64,000 nucleotides of DNA from positions 1 through 64,000 of the forward strand of contig OZ287719.1 of the NCBI GenBank assembly GCA_965649825.1, given 5' to 3'. Within the stretch, counting starts at the first letter, position 1. The number at the start of each line of letters is the position of its first letter. Made by a program: the position numbers and the translations under genes. This DNA is from Penicillus capitatus. Its lineage: Eukaryota; Plantae; Chlorophyta. Positions 19,972 to 31,472 of this stretch are shown here, piece after piece. The notes beneath the pieces were generated by a model. The model was not told the DNA's origin and did no database searches. It saw only the letters and a list, made by a program, of their open reading frames with translations.

Positions 19972-20914
19972 ACGGCGTATGAGATGCCTGAACACCTTCC
20001 GATACCTTTATCCAATTCATGCCCGTCACAAACCCATGCAACCAGTCGATTCATGAACACAACGTCTCTTCCGTTGCCCCCGGCAAACAAAACAATCGAA
20101 ACCTTGTCTCGAATGGGCGCTTTCCAGTCTCGTCGGCATCCCAAAACAAACGGCACAAACCTGTCCCGTGGCGATCTAACCGTCCGACCAGGGTACTTAT
20201 CCCGCATCCCCTAGACCAATTCCCAGCGCCTCCGCACTAGACCTACCGCCGGATGCAAACCCCGTGGAGCGAAGTAACACACCGTCTAGTCTACCACTCT
20301 CCCTCGTGGACGCCAACGTCTTCCTCAAGCTGACGACGAAGCAGAGCTTCGTTGCGAAACCGACGCAAGAGATCCACGGACCACGGCTCTTGAGAAAAGA
20401 ATCCACGCAGAACACCCGAAGCGTGCTTGCAGTGGCAACGGAAAAACAAGAAGAAAAAACAACAAGCCTACGACACACACCGATAACGGAAAGACGGCGC
20501 TGGCGCGGGAAAGAAAAAACCACGTTTCCTACGAAGACACTCAAGAAAAGAAAAAACGCGCGTCGAGCCATGGCGAACGAAAACCTCCGGTCAGCACGCC
20601 GCAGTCAACCGAGGAACGTGGCCCCACGTCAATCCTCGTTCCCAATCCGTCATCACCCCACGCTCTCCACTCCTCGCACTCCATGGTCGTCGTGCTTTGG
20701 CCTCGCCGTGTATTCGCCATCCATGTTCTCCCCTTTATCACACGTCACCAAGTTACGCACTAGATCGCCACCTCATCCTCTTTTGCCGACCCTTGACGTT
20801 TCTTCTCTCCTCGCCCGCCCATCTCGACAAGGTTCCGCCTTCCAGAGGTAAAGGCCTGGCCGATACAACCCCCGACGAAGCCTAGTCCTCACGCCACACC
20901 GCTTCAACGGTCTC

Positions 20915-22036
20915 CTACTTCCTCGACCTCTTCCGAGAGGCCTTGGATGAACCCTCCGCCTCACCGTCTCCCTTTCGCTTTGCGTCGTCTGCCTTCTTCA
21001 ACTTTCTTAGCCGTTCCCTCCTCGCCGCTGTGTCGCGAAGGCCGTGGTCCTCCTTTGCCCTCTTTGCCCTCTTCACCTCATCTTCGTACGCCATGGCGTA
21101 GCCAAGGCGTTTAGAACCGCGGCGTTCAGAAACCACCACTGCTTCCATGACCACGTCTCCGTCTTCGTCAACCTGCGGCTGCTCGGCGACCGGCTGCGGC
21201 TGCTCGGCGACCGGCTCCTGCGGCTGCTCGGCGACCGGCTCCTGCGGCTGCTCGGCGACCGGCTCCTGCGCGTTCACTTCCACTTCTTCGACCGCCGGCA
21301 TGCCTTGTACGACGTGCACGGGCGTCCCTTCGGCGACCTCCACGACCTCCGCCGGCGTCCCGTCGGCGGTTGACAACACCGGTATGCCTTGTACGACGTG
21401 CACGGGCGTCCCGTCGGCGACCTCCACGACCTCCGCCGGCGTCCCGTGGGCGATTGACAACACCGGTATGCCTTGTACAACGTTCACAGGCGTCCCGTCG
21501 GCGACCTCCGCCGGCGTTCCGTCGCCGACCAGCGGTTCAAAGGTTACCAAGAAGTTTACGAAGTTATGTGCTAAGACTACAAACTCATGTGCTACTTGGC
21601 GTCCCTCGTGCATTGCGCTCATCAAGGCGTCAATTGTTGAACTCAAGTATTCCACGAAACGCAGAATTTTTAGGAATTCGTAGTCGTCGTTGGCGTAGGC
21701 GACTAAGTTGTTCGACACCACAGCTTGCCAAAAAAAGTTGGCATAGTCCGCCCAGGTGCGAAGATGCACATCAGCGGGGCCAGGTTCGTCGGCTCCTCCT
21801 GTTACACGATGCGGAGCCAGTTGGCGGCTGATGTTAAGGACTACCAGAAATTTATCTGGGTCTCTCCCTTCATACGGCGTTCCTATGCTTTCCCAACCGG
21901 GCACGTATGAAGTGAACGTGTCAAAAAGATTCGACTGGAGGGCGTTGAAGAACTTGCGGTACCCTGTACGTTCGACCGGTTTGTTGTCCAACACTTGCAG
22001 AACGCTAACAATTTGCGAGGACACGGACGAACTCAT
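20915..22036 (-). CDS. Hypothetical ~373-aa protein with internal 28-aa and 8-aa repeats and a basic NLS-like tail
   Basis: Uninterrupted ORF from ATG 22036 (MSSSVSSQ). Repeats GTPAEVVEVADGTPVHVVQGIPVLSTAD and QEPVAEQP. C-terminus conserved in the left copy. Confidence 0.65.
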   Translation of the reverse strand: MSSSVSSQIVSVLQVLDNKPVERTGYRKFFNALQSNLFDTFTSYVPGWESIGTPYEGRDPDKFLVVLNISRQLAPHRVTGGADEPGPADVHLRTWADYANFFWQAVVSNNLVAYANDDYEFLKILRFVEYLSSTIDALMSAMHEGRQVAHEFVVLAHNFVNFLVTFEPLVGDGTPAEVADGTPVNVVQGIPVLSIAHGTPAEVVEVADGTPVHVVQGIPVLSTADGTPAEVVEVAEGTPVHVVQGMPAVEEVEVNAQEPVAEQPQEPVAEQPQEPVAEQPQPVAEQPQVDEDGDVVMEAVVVSERRGSKRLGYAMAYEDEVKRAKRAKEDHGLRDTAARRERLRKLKKADDAKRKGDGEAEGSSKASRKRSRK

Positions 22037-22442
22037 CGTCGTTTTTTCGCCGAAAAATCCGAAAACCAAACACCAATAGCGTTGCGGGCAGTTTCGGCAG
22101 AAAACGATAAAGACGCGGAAAGAACAAACGGCAAATGCACGGGACAGCTAGCTGTACCGCACGCTTTTGTACTTCGCGAAATGCAATTACGGCAAACCTT
22201 CTCAATCTACGGTTATGTCACGGAACTCGCATCGCGATTGGCTGATTCGACGGCAGAACGATGTGACGTCCATTAATCAACGGCATCGCCATTAAGGCCA
22301 TTAAGGAGCCGGCCATCATAAATCAATAGCAAGCAAATGGACACGGGTTTGTCGCGTTGTCGGTGAACAAACACACGCATTAGCGGAAGACTTTAAACAG
22401 AATGGCGTAAACAACGTAATTGTCCCTCTTTTATAGTGCTAG

Positions 22443-22525
22443 GGTTCTGATGTGACATGTAGTAGGTTCTGATGTGACATGTAGTAGGTTCTGATGTGAC
22501 ATGTAGTAGGTTCTGATGATGTGAC
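22443..22525. repeat. 22-bp tandem repeat GGTTCTGATGTGACATGTAGTA, about 3.5 copies
   Basis: Directly visible perfect repeats. Confidence 0.95.
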
Positions 22526-22849
22526 TTCCCTTATACAGTCGGGATGCCATCATTGTGCTCATTTAGTCTGACACAAATTGTCACAGGAAAGCTTCACGCT
22601 TTACAGAGCAAAGGTCACAATCGGTTCACGTTCATGTATTTTATGTGCTACAGGTGACATGACAAGTCGTTAAAGTGCTTCTTTGAAGACGGAACACTTG
22701 GATTACGAGGCAGCCACGATGTGACAGCCTCAGTCATTCTGACAAAAATGGACGGCCATCTGTCGACGAGATGAAATAGCTGCAAGATGAAGTAGATGAA
22801 TAAGCATACGGGAAGGGACTTGATGATGGGACTGCCTTGCTGAAGACGG

Positions 22850-23230
22850 GCTCATGCGTTCAAGGGGCACTCGGGGTCTTGTCAGATGAGACCCTGGGCC
22901 ACGAAGGGTTCCTTTTCTCTGGTTCTGTGCGAGGGATGACTCATCTGGCTAGAAGGTCGCGTCGCCTAGACAGGATAAGAGGAGAGAAAACGTTGTTTTT
23001 TTGCTTCCTTTGTAAGGTTTTCGTTTCTGTTTGCGTTTGCGTCCGCGTCTTCACTCTGGCCGACGACGAGGCACGACATATCTCGCGCGCGACTGTCCCT
23101 TACCCGCTACTCTATCGGAACCCACCGTTCCTCGCTGCTCTCGAGGACTTCAGGGGAGCGGAGCGCAGGAGCGTCGACGCAACAGATTCTTTTCCAGCGG
23201 GGCGCTGACCGAGTGGTCTACAACGCCGGT
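22850..23230 (+). pseudogene. Degenerate coding relic, copy 1 (GALGVLS...FLFSGS..GMTHL; LADDEARHISRATVPY)
   Basis: Peptide and DNA similarity to 23560-24045 and 41335-41610. Confidence 0.5.
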
Positions 23231-23559
23231 CTCTTCAACTCCCGGCGCAGTTCAGTCTAGGACGATCGGCCCGAGGACATCGCCGAGGCAGGACCCTCAG
23301 ACATCGGAGTAAGCGCGGAGGAGCACCGCAGCGAAAGCCCTGGGAGCGACCGGCCACTTTGTCCCGAGCGACAAGGCCGACACAATCATCAATCATTAGC
23401 AAGCAAATGGACGGCAGTCGAGCTGTCAGTCTTTTCGAGATCGATAAACAGAATACTGAAACGCAAGGAGATAAGCAACGGGCATGTCAGAGTTGTCGCC
23501 TAGCGATAGGGCCACCCTGTCAGGAGGTGCGGGTTGAGTCACCTTTGTCTTGTTTACGG

Positions 23560-24045
23560 GGGTTTACCTTGCCGGGGGGTGCTGGTCGTGTCACTTGAGA
23601 CCTTTTTCTCTGGTTCTGATGCTGGGATGACTCACCTGCCTAGGAAAGTCACGTCGCTTAGATGGGATAAGAGGCTGAGGACGGATCAGGTTTTGCTTTT
23701 TGCCTGCTTCTTGTAAAGGTTCCGACTTGAACGCTCGTGGCCATTCTGGCAAACAACGACGCCGAGCGAAGTACCTCACGCGCTTACGTGCCTTACGCCC
23801 CACTATACCCCACGTATCAAGAGAGCCTCAATCATTTTCGAGAAGGAGAACGTTCAGAGCTTCTTCGCCGAGGTGCCGAGCGGATCGTCCATAACATGGG
23901 CCTCTACGACACCCGGAGGGGCTCTGAAGACCGTGGTTTCGACACCCCCATCATCCTTGAGGAAGTGGTGAACCCCGGTCCCTCCGAGGCACATCTAGAA
24001 GGAGAGGGTGAGCAAGGCGTCCCACCAAACAACGAAGAGGCATAG
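23560..24045 (+). pseudogene. Degenerate coding relic, copy 2 (FFSGSDAGMTHLPRKVT; LANNDAERSTSRAYVPY)
   Basis: Tandem diverged paralog of 22850-23230. Confidence 0.5.
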
Positions 24046-25181
24046 CCAGAAGCAAGAGAGGAACCCATTCCACCACACGGCGACAAGAGTATCCTGATAT
24101 TCGCCTTCTGTCGCTGTGATGAATCGTTCGTTCGAGAACAGTGCACCAGGCAGGATATCCACCACCTGTCTTATCGCGAGGCACCTGTATGTGCAGCATT
24201 GGAGACGGGTATCGGTGTACTACAGGTAGGTAATGTATCGAGCATAGAAAACTCGTCTGCTGATGCGACCCTTGACGACTTGTTCACTAGAATTGCAAAA
24301 CGCTATCCACTGAGTCGACCAAAATGCACCCGTTGATCGAAACGCCCAAGCTACGTCCATGGTCCTCAGTGTGACTTGAAGAATCTCCACGGAATCGAGC
24401 ATGCACGTCACATCAAAGCGAATAGATGCATGCGTTTCTAACGACATAGACGAAGGAACGGCGATGAGGGAACGTGTGACCGAACGACGACGCATCACGG
24501 TCGCTGTTACAGAGAAAACAAGAGAGAATGCAAAAAAAAAACAGCAAGGAAAAGAGGACAAGACAGATCAACTAGCTATTCGAGACGGTCCTCAGGAAAA
24601 AGAAATGGAGACAGCGGGAACGCCTTCTCATGAATTCCGCCCTAAAGCGACGTCAAACACGAATGCATCTCATTAGGGAGTCGCATCCGAAACGCCAGTC
24701 GTTAAGAACTCCGTGCGTAAAATCGAGATCGTTCAGATCATCGGTCCCACGCTCGAGAAGCGACAACGTGTCGCTTTTGATCTTCAGGGCAGCGACGCGG
24801 GGAAAATGAACGATCCTTCCGGATGCAGAAGGATATGTATGACGACCCTATGCAGATACCGCAAATCGGGATCACATCCGACAGCAACAAAGCTGTTACA
24901 TCGACAGCAAAGACAAACATCGAACAGTCTGACACAGAGAGAAAGACAGGTAGCTAGCTTCATGTGATAGACAAGGAAGCAAAACAGTTTCAAGAGAGAA
25001 ACGCTCGTACGACATGACAACAAGAAAATAGATGTGTGGTGTGCGATCTATCGCTGAACTTCCAGATCTGGTCCTTTCCAGAAAGATGACGTGTGTTTTG
25101 GATCTCTCTTGAACGGTGCATCTTCACAGATCTGAAGATTTCCAGTCACTTTCATCCAACTCCTCACGTACGGCTGTCTTT

Positions 25182-26542
25182 TCATCGACGGCAGAGGAAT
25201 GCCACCTCCCATTCCATACAGCGGCGCATTTCTTCGTCATCATATCCCCGTACAACGCTTCTAATGCAAGACACAAAACACGTGTTAGCATCTTTTGATG
25301 TGACAGTGAGATGACGACGTGCCTTTGGAGAATCGGAACCGGTCTTCGCATGGGGCTCCGCATCCTCTTCATCGAGACGTGTTCTCTTCTTCTTCGCGTC
25401 GACAGTCATGATCTCACGAGGTGCTCCTAGCATAAGATCTCCAGCGTCCTGCGGAACGACCTCCTCGACCTCGGCATCGGCTGGAGCATCGCGATCATCT
25501 CTCCTGTAGTCGCCATCGTCCTTCGCTAAATCGGAGGCTGAGATGGGGTCCTCTATGCGGACGCTGTCGGTGGTGTTGGCTTTCTCTCCTGGTGTCTCTT
25601 CTTCTTCTTCGCGTCGTGTTGTGGGTGGCATGGCCGATCCAGAAGGGCCAGATGTCAAAAAGTGGAGGCTCTGGACGTCTTCTGAGTTCAGGGTCTGATC
25701 CTTCTGACTCCCAGTGCGTTCCACTTCGGCACGCATTATGTTTCGAATGCGTCTCCATTGGGCCTGTTCCGTCTCTAAGGCCTCCTTCATCTTCTCCACT
25801 TGTGCCTCCCGCTGCTGCAAGTCCTCTTCGAATCTGTACCAGGTCCAAAACAATCGTCTCAGCAGACCTGTCTCCAGGAAGGACATCGAGAGTACTTTTT
25901 GAGGCTCTCCATTGCCGCCTCTCTTGCGGACTGCATTCTGGCCTCCCTAAAGATACGCATACCATCAGCAGCAGCGCATGCTTGACGGTATGCACTTTTC
26001 TGCGACTCTGGTATTGTATTGCTGCATCTCTTCCAACGCGACAAGCCTCAGCTCCAACTGTTGTTCTTTCGCCCGATGCCGATTTTCCACTTCCTTCAAA
26101 GTTGTCTCGTGTTCTTTGAAGGTCTGTTCACGAGCATCCATCGCAGCGACCCTGGCCATCGACCTTCAAACATCAGATGACGGAAGAGACCGCCATACCT
26201 TTTAGTAAATTTCTCCTTCTCCGCTTCGAAACACGACAGGCGTTCGTCCAGCTCCTTCTCGCCCTGAGCGATCTTCTCTTCTCTCCTGCCGCCACACAGA
26301 ATGCACCAAGCCGTATCGCATAACCGTCGCGACTCACGTTGCCAATGCCTCCTCTTGGCCTCGCAACCTGCACAAACAAACACCACTCCGGCGATGCGAT
26401 CCGCAAAGCCGCCACGTCCAACGCACTTCTGAATACACGCGTCGCGTTCCGCCTCAAACGCACGGCGCTCGGCATCGTGGCGCTGCATCGTCTCCATCAC
26501 CGTAGCCTGTTCACGTCGGAGTGTCGCCTCTCTCCTGAGCAC
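25182..26542 (-). CDS. Hypothetical coiled-coil protein (spliced or degenerate)
   Basis: E/K/R/Q-rich helical ORF segments 26096-26542, 25965-26159 and 25182-25886; exon structure not resolved. Confidence 0.45.
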
Positions 26543-26936
26543 ACCGTTTCATGAGGCGTCGGCATCCAGTACTGAGCACAGCGTTACCAGTCGAAGTAGT
26601 TTTTGGTCGCCTCTAGGTTCGCCACATAACCGTGGCTATCGCGGACAAACTGCGCAAACGCTTCCGGGTTGTAAACGTAAGGGGGTGGTACGCTCTGCCA
26701 TGAATCAAGGTTCAGTGACCGCCGCCCCACGAGCAAGACAAATCGTCACTTGTGCATCGGCTCGTTGTTCAGGCTCTGCCATTTCGTCGACACTTGATGA
26801 ACCGTTCGTTCGAATGGTGCACGAACGCACAGACAGGCACATAGATACGGCGGCATGCGGTTATGCTTCTCCATCGCATCACGTCACATCATCCACCGGC
26901 GTTGGTCTATCACCGATTGTTCTTTCCCGACAGACG

Positions 26937-28926
26937 ATGTCGACATTCCGACGCATCGAACGTGGATTCGCGATCATCGGTTTGGCAGCGACGGCGGCTG
27001 CGGGACTTGGATGTTATGCACTTTATTCCTACCACAAGGTCACATCATTTTCCCTCGGTCACCTCGACGTGTCCCTTTCACAGGACTCGGATAAAAGCCT
27101 CTCGGATCTTGGTCGTCCGACAGGACTCCGGGGTCGAAAACTGCCGAAAGAATTTATTCTACATTTAGACCTAGACCGAACGACCATCACAGATGCTCCC
27201 TCATCCATGACGTACCTGTCCCATCAACAGCCTCCACTAAAGGCCACACTTTTCTCCGTGTAGACCCTGGGAATCCTTTCTGAGTGGCGAGACACAGACG
27301 CTGTCGTTAAGAACCGTCGTCAAGAGCATCGAATCTGCCGCTGAGGATGAACGGGTGAAAGGGTTTCTGACCACAGGTCACATCATCTCACACATTTCCC
27401 ACGCAATGGTGTGATCAGGGACTCATGGAGTTCATGGCCTAGCCATGATTCAAGAACTGCGAAACGCCGTATGCAAATTTAATCAAGCCGGAAAGCGACT
27501 CTCCTCTGTTTTCCATACCGACACGTTCGGTGAAGCCGACAACAAGACACTGGTGTACTACTTGGCATCCGCCTACAAAAAAATCTTTATGCAGCCAACG
27601 GGGCGCATGTGTACCACCGGGTTCAGTCTCAGCACTCCCTTTTTCAAAGATCTATTGGAGAAATGGCGCATTAAGTTTCGCGTCTGGGCCAAAGAGGAAT
27701 TCAAGACGGCCTTTAATCTCTTTACTGAGAAAGAATTCACAGTTCCGCACAGGGAGCAGATGACCTGGATACTGGACGGCATTTTTAATCAGGTGACGGC
27801 AGGGATCTCTGAATCGAGAGGCATGTCACAGAACGAAGTTGAGGCGGCCATCTCTGCCGCACCGATGTCTGCTCAAGAAGCTCAAGCGAAGGGTCTGCTC
27901 GACAGGATCCTGTACAAAGATGATATCTGGACACACATGAGTGATGGTCAACAACTGCCGACGGTCTCAATCAGGGACTACGCTCGGATCAAGGCACAAG
28001 AAGAGAGAAAGCGCAAGAAGAAGCCAGAGGTGGCCGTGATGAATCTTTCGGGTCCTATCTTTGTGGGATGGCAGCCGCCTTCTTCTCAACATCCGTCGAT
28101 CTGTTCTGCCAGAGTCGCTGAGCAGTTCAATCAATTAGCCAAGAACGAAAACATCAAGGCTGTGGTGCTGAGATTGGACTCGGGAGGTGGATCCGCTGTG
28201 GCGTCCGACAGCATCCGACAGCACATTGCCAAGATCAAAGATGCAGGAAAGTATGTCGTTGTGAGCATGGGCAATATTGCTGCGTCAGGAGGATACTACA
28301 TCTCCCTCGGTGCCCATGCCATCGTCGCCAATCCTGGTGTGGCGGCGCCGCCACCTTGGATCGTGTGATGTGACAGGTCTTGCTGTTTAGGGACGCTGAC
28401 GGGGAGCATCGGCGTCATCGTGAGCAGTCCATTTCTCAAATCCGCTCTGGAAGAGCACGGCATTTCGGTGGAGGTTTTGAAGAAAGGCAACAATGCAGAT
28501 ATGCTGTCGCCGTTCACCGAGATCACTCCAGAACAGCAGACCATCCTCGATCATCTCCTCGATACAGTCTACAACGATTTCATCCGCAAAGTGTCAGAAG
28601 CGCGTAACAAGCCGATCAGTACGGTTGAGTCCAAAGCCAAGGGACGTATCTGGTTGGGTGCCGATGCCTATGAAGAAGGACTGGTGGATGAGTTGGGTGG
28701 ATTGAGTGAGGCCATCGAACGGGCCAAGAGCGGTGCCCATCTGGCCTCGGATGCCTGTGTCATGGAGTATCCCATTCCCAATCGATTTGTTCAAGTGCTG
28801 AGTTCTTTGGTGCACCAGTTCCATCTACAAGTCATCCTTCCCTTTCCTCTTCCCTCAATGGCATCATCATCCTCTTTCGAGTTGTACAGCTTTGAGGCTG
28901 AATACATTCTTGGCTCTCTCTCATGA
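26937..28926 (+). CDS. SPPA: Signal peptide peptidase A / protease IV (S49), multi-exon
   Basis: Motifs KAVVLRLDSGGGSAVASD, VVSMGNIAASGGYYIS, TLTGSIGV, KGRIWLGADAYEEGLVDELGG. Confidence 0.92.
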
Positions 28927-29308
28927 AGAGCACAAAACCTAACGAAGAGCGTTAAGTCGAAATCGGAACGAGCTTTCACACATTCATCGGAGACAGTTAG
29001 TTTATTCAGGTACATCTGCTGCCGTTGAAACGGAAAAAAAATCAAAAAACAATGGAGGCAGCATACAGGTAATATAAGCTGCTGCCACCGCCGCCGTGGT
29101 GAGACACCGACGCGGTATACACAGAGGAAAGCTCCGGCAACGCAGATGCTTTCCTTATACAAAATGAAACAATGACGACAAGGAACAACACATAAAGACA
29201 GGGAGAAATGGATACCCAATGATCTATCCGATTTCAGAGAACGTCCGTCATACACGTTGGACAGAAAGAAAGAAAAAGAGATCTGAACGTCGTCCATCAA
29301 AAATGGCT

Positions 29309-30530
29309 CTACTCCAAGAGGTCTCCAATGAAATGACGTAGTTCGGAGGCAGTCGATGCTTCGGTTTTCTCACCAAACGGCATTCCATAGTGGTCCGGTG
29401 TGGCAAACGGATAGAGATGGCGGTAGTCGTGCAGGAGGGAAGGTGGTGAGAAGGTGGGCGGGGAGAGTGGGCTGTTCATGGAAGACGGAGCAGACGTGTG
29501 GTATGTCGATGGGGTCGTGACGGTGGTGGTGGTGCAACTGAGATCCTGATTGGCCAGATCTGTGAAATCGGCATGGCCGCGTTTGTAGGCATCCAGGGCA
29601 TTGCCCAAGACACAGCCCAGCATCAGATCATCACTCAACGTCTCGAGACTCTTCTGCGGTGTCTCTTCCGTTGTGTGCGGCAGCGGCAGTCCATCGGCGG
29701 CGCTGCCGAGAAAGGGCGGCGATTCTGAGTGGACAATGCCCAGCGATAAGTCACAGTCTGGAAACGCGTGTTCGTTGGATCGGTAGCCTAATATACTGTG
29801 GATGGCTGATGTGACGTCGCCTTCGTTATCGATGACGGCCTTCTCCAGTTGCGTCTCGTCCAGTTGGCGATGGTGGCGGATGTGCATCAACGTCCTCAAT
29901 TCGAATTCGATGCAGATCTCTGCAGGAGGATGTTGCTGCATGATATCGGAAACGTGAGATTTGCTGATCTCACGATTTTCGACCAACCAATGAATTGCCT
30001 CTTCGATATTGCTTCCGAAAATGTGCACGGCAGAAATGGCTTTCCACATTTCAAATCCCATTCTAAAGAGCTGCTGAACCAGCATACCCGATTTCCAATT
30101 GATCAGGCATTTTTTGCACTGCGCCTGAAGGTCACTCTTTTCTTGCGTCTCCTGAATCGCACGACGCATCGAATCTTCTTGCAGTGATGGCAAACTCTGC
30201 GGTGGTGCGCCTTCGGGACTCTCGCCATCGTGCAGCGACGCCGAATCGGTCGATGGAGAATCTGCTTCGACATCTCCTCTCTTCATCGCCATCTCGCCTT
30301 GTATTCTCAAACTTTCGCCTGAGTCTCCCGATGCCGCTTCCGACAACACCTACCATCCGACAGAAACATTCTCCGGGCGACGGCCGAAGCGTCTGGCCAG
30401 ACTTCAGATTTCGACGATCTGAGGCGACTACTTTTCGGAACGGGCGCATGAAAAACGACGCTTCCCGTCGATCGATGACCTCGATTTCGATGATTGCTTT
30501 TCTTGCTCGATCGATCCATCGATTTCGATC
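29309..30530 (-). CDS. UBA-like domain protein (plant/algal double-UBA family); 5' end uncertain
   Basis: KKC..WK...LVQQLFRMGFE...NIEEAIHWL and LEKAVIDNEGDVTSA UBA-type motifs in ORF 29309-30349. Confidence 0.75.
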
Positions 30531-30648
30531 GCTGCAAAGCGCCGCCCCATTCTTCATCACACGCTTCGGATTTCGATCGTTTCGGCACGAGCTTTTCCAG
30601 ATTCAAATCATGCACATTCCTATCCAGGCATCTCACTTTTCCATCGCA

Positions 30649-31169
30649 TCACCATAGAGAAGAAATGGCACACAATGTGTGAGAACGTATTGGCGGGGTT
30701 TTGTTCTTCGAATGCTTCTCCGTTGGATGCTCCTGCTGCGTCGCGTTCTCTTTCTTTTCGATCTTTGTCTCGTGTCGCACGTGAATGGGATGGGACTTAT
30801 CGACCTACGAACAGAAACCCGTCTTGGCGTCGGTCTTGTCACTGGGCAGCGGGACCTTTCCGCGACAGCACTCTTTAAAGCGCGTTCCTTTGCCGCACCC
30901 TCGTGGACACTTGAATCCCGTTTTGCGGTTCCTGTCTTTCCACTCTTAGACGCATTGTTACGGGCCGTCCGTCGGTCGTCTCACTTTTCTAGTCGAATGC
31001 TTTTGAGATACTTCTCAAGACAGTCCTGATGATAGACCAGAGGAGGGCAGTCCTTATAAGTACAGTCGAGCGCGTTGAGCTCTTCTTTGTTGGGATTGCA
31101 CGCGACGCCACAGAGATCGCAGACACCCGTAACGTTATGAATTCCTTTTAGGCCGATAGCACCAGCCAT
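30649..31169 (-). CDS. Small Cys/His zinc-finger-like protein, spliced
   Basis: MAGAIGLKG...CDLCG...C...C...YHQDCLEKYL | NRKTGFKCPRGCGKG..C | VDKSHPIH, joined by GT-AG introns. Confidence 0.65.
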
Positions 31170-31472
31170 GTTTAAAACGCAGAAAATGTAAAGGCAATGT
31201 ATCGAACCGAAACGTGGAAAGGACATTGATGGGACACGCCAGACCGACGCGGCGGAGGAGCCCATGCATTCACGTCCATCGCTCAACCACAACTATGTCA
31301 CACACAAGCCGCCGCCAATTACACAAGTGTGAGATGATACGCGCCAGTGGCGGCGGATGAAGCGCATGGGATAGGGCGATCCGTTCTTGGATCGATTCTC
31401 TGAAGAGAGGGCCGTGCCGTTGGACGAGGACGGTGTCAAGTGTGACGCTGCCAGTCGTGGGGCTGTCTTGTG

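Larger units (their letters stand above)
18510..22440 (-). mobile_element. Unclassified interspersed repeat element, right copy (inverted relative to 1-2460); outer boundary uncertain
   Basis: 18510-21176 is the reverse complement of 1-2460. Continues through the full ORF to a candidate TATA box (CTATAAAAG, minus strand, about 22427-22435). Confidence 0.7.

Noticed and set aside
24060-24430. DIHHLSY as an HNH nuclease relic
   Set aside because: No downstream CxxCH/N motif, and the frame has a stop.
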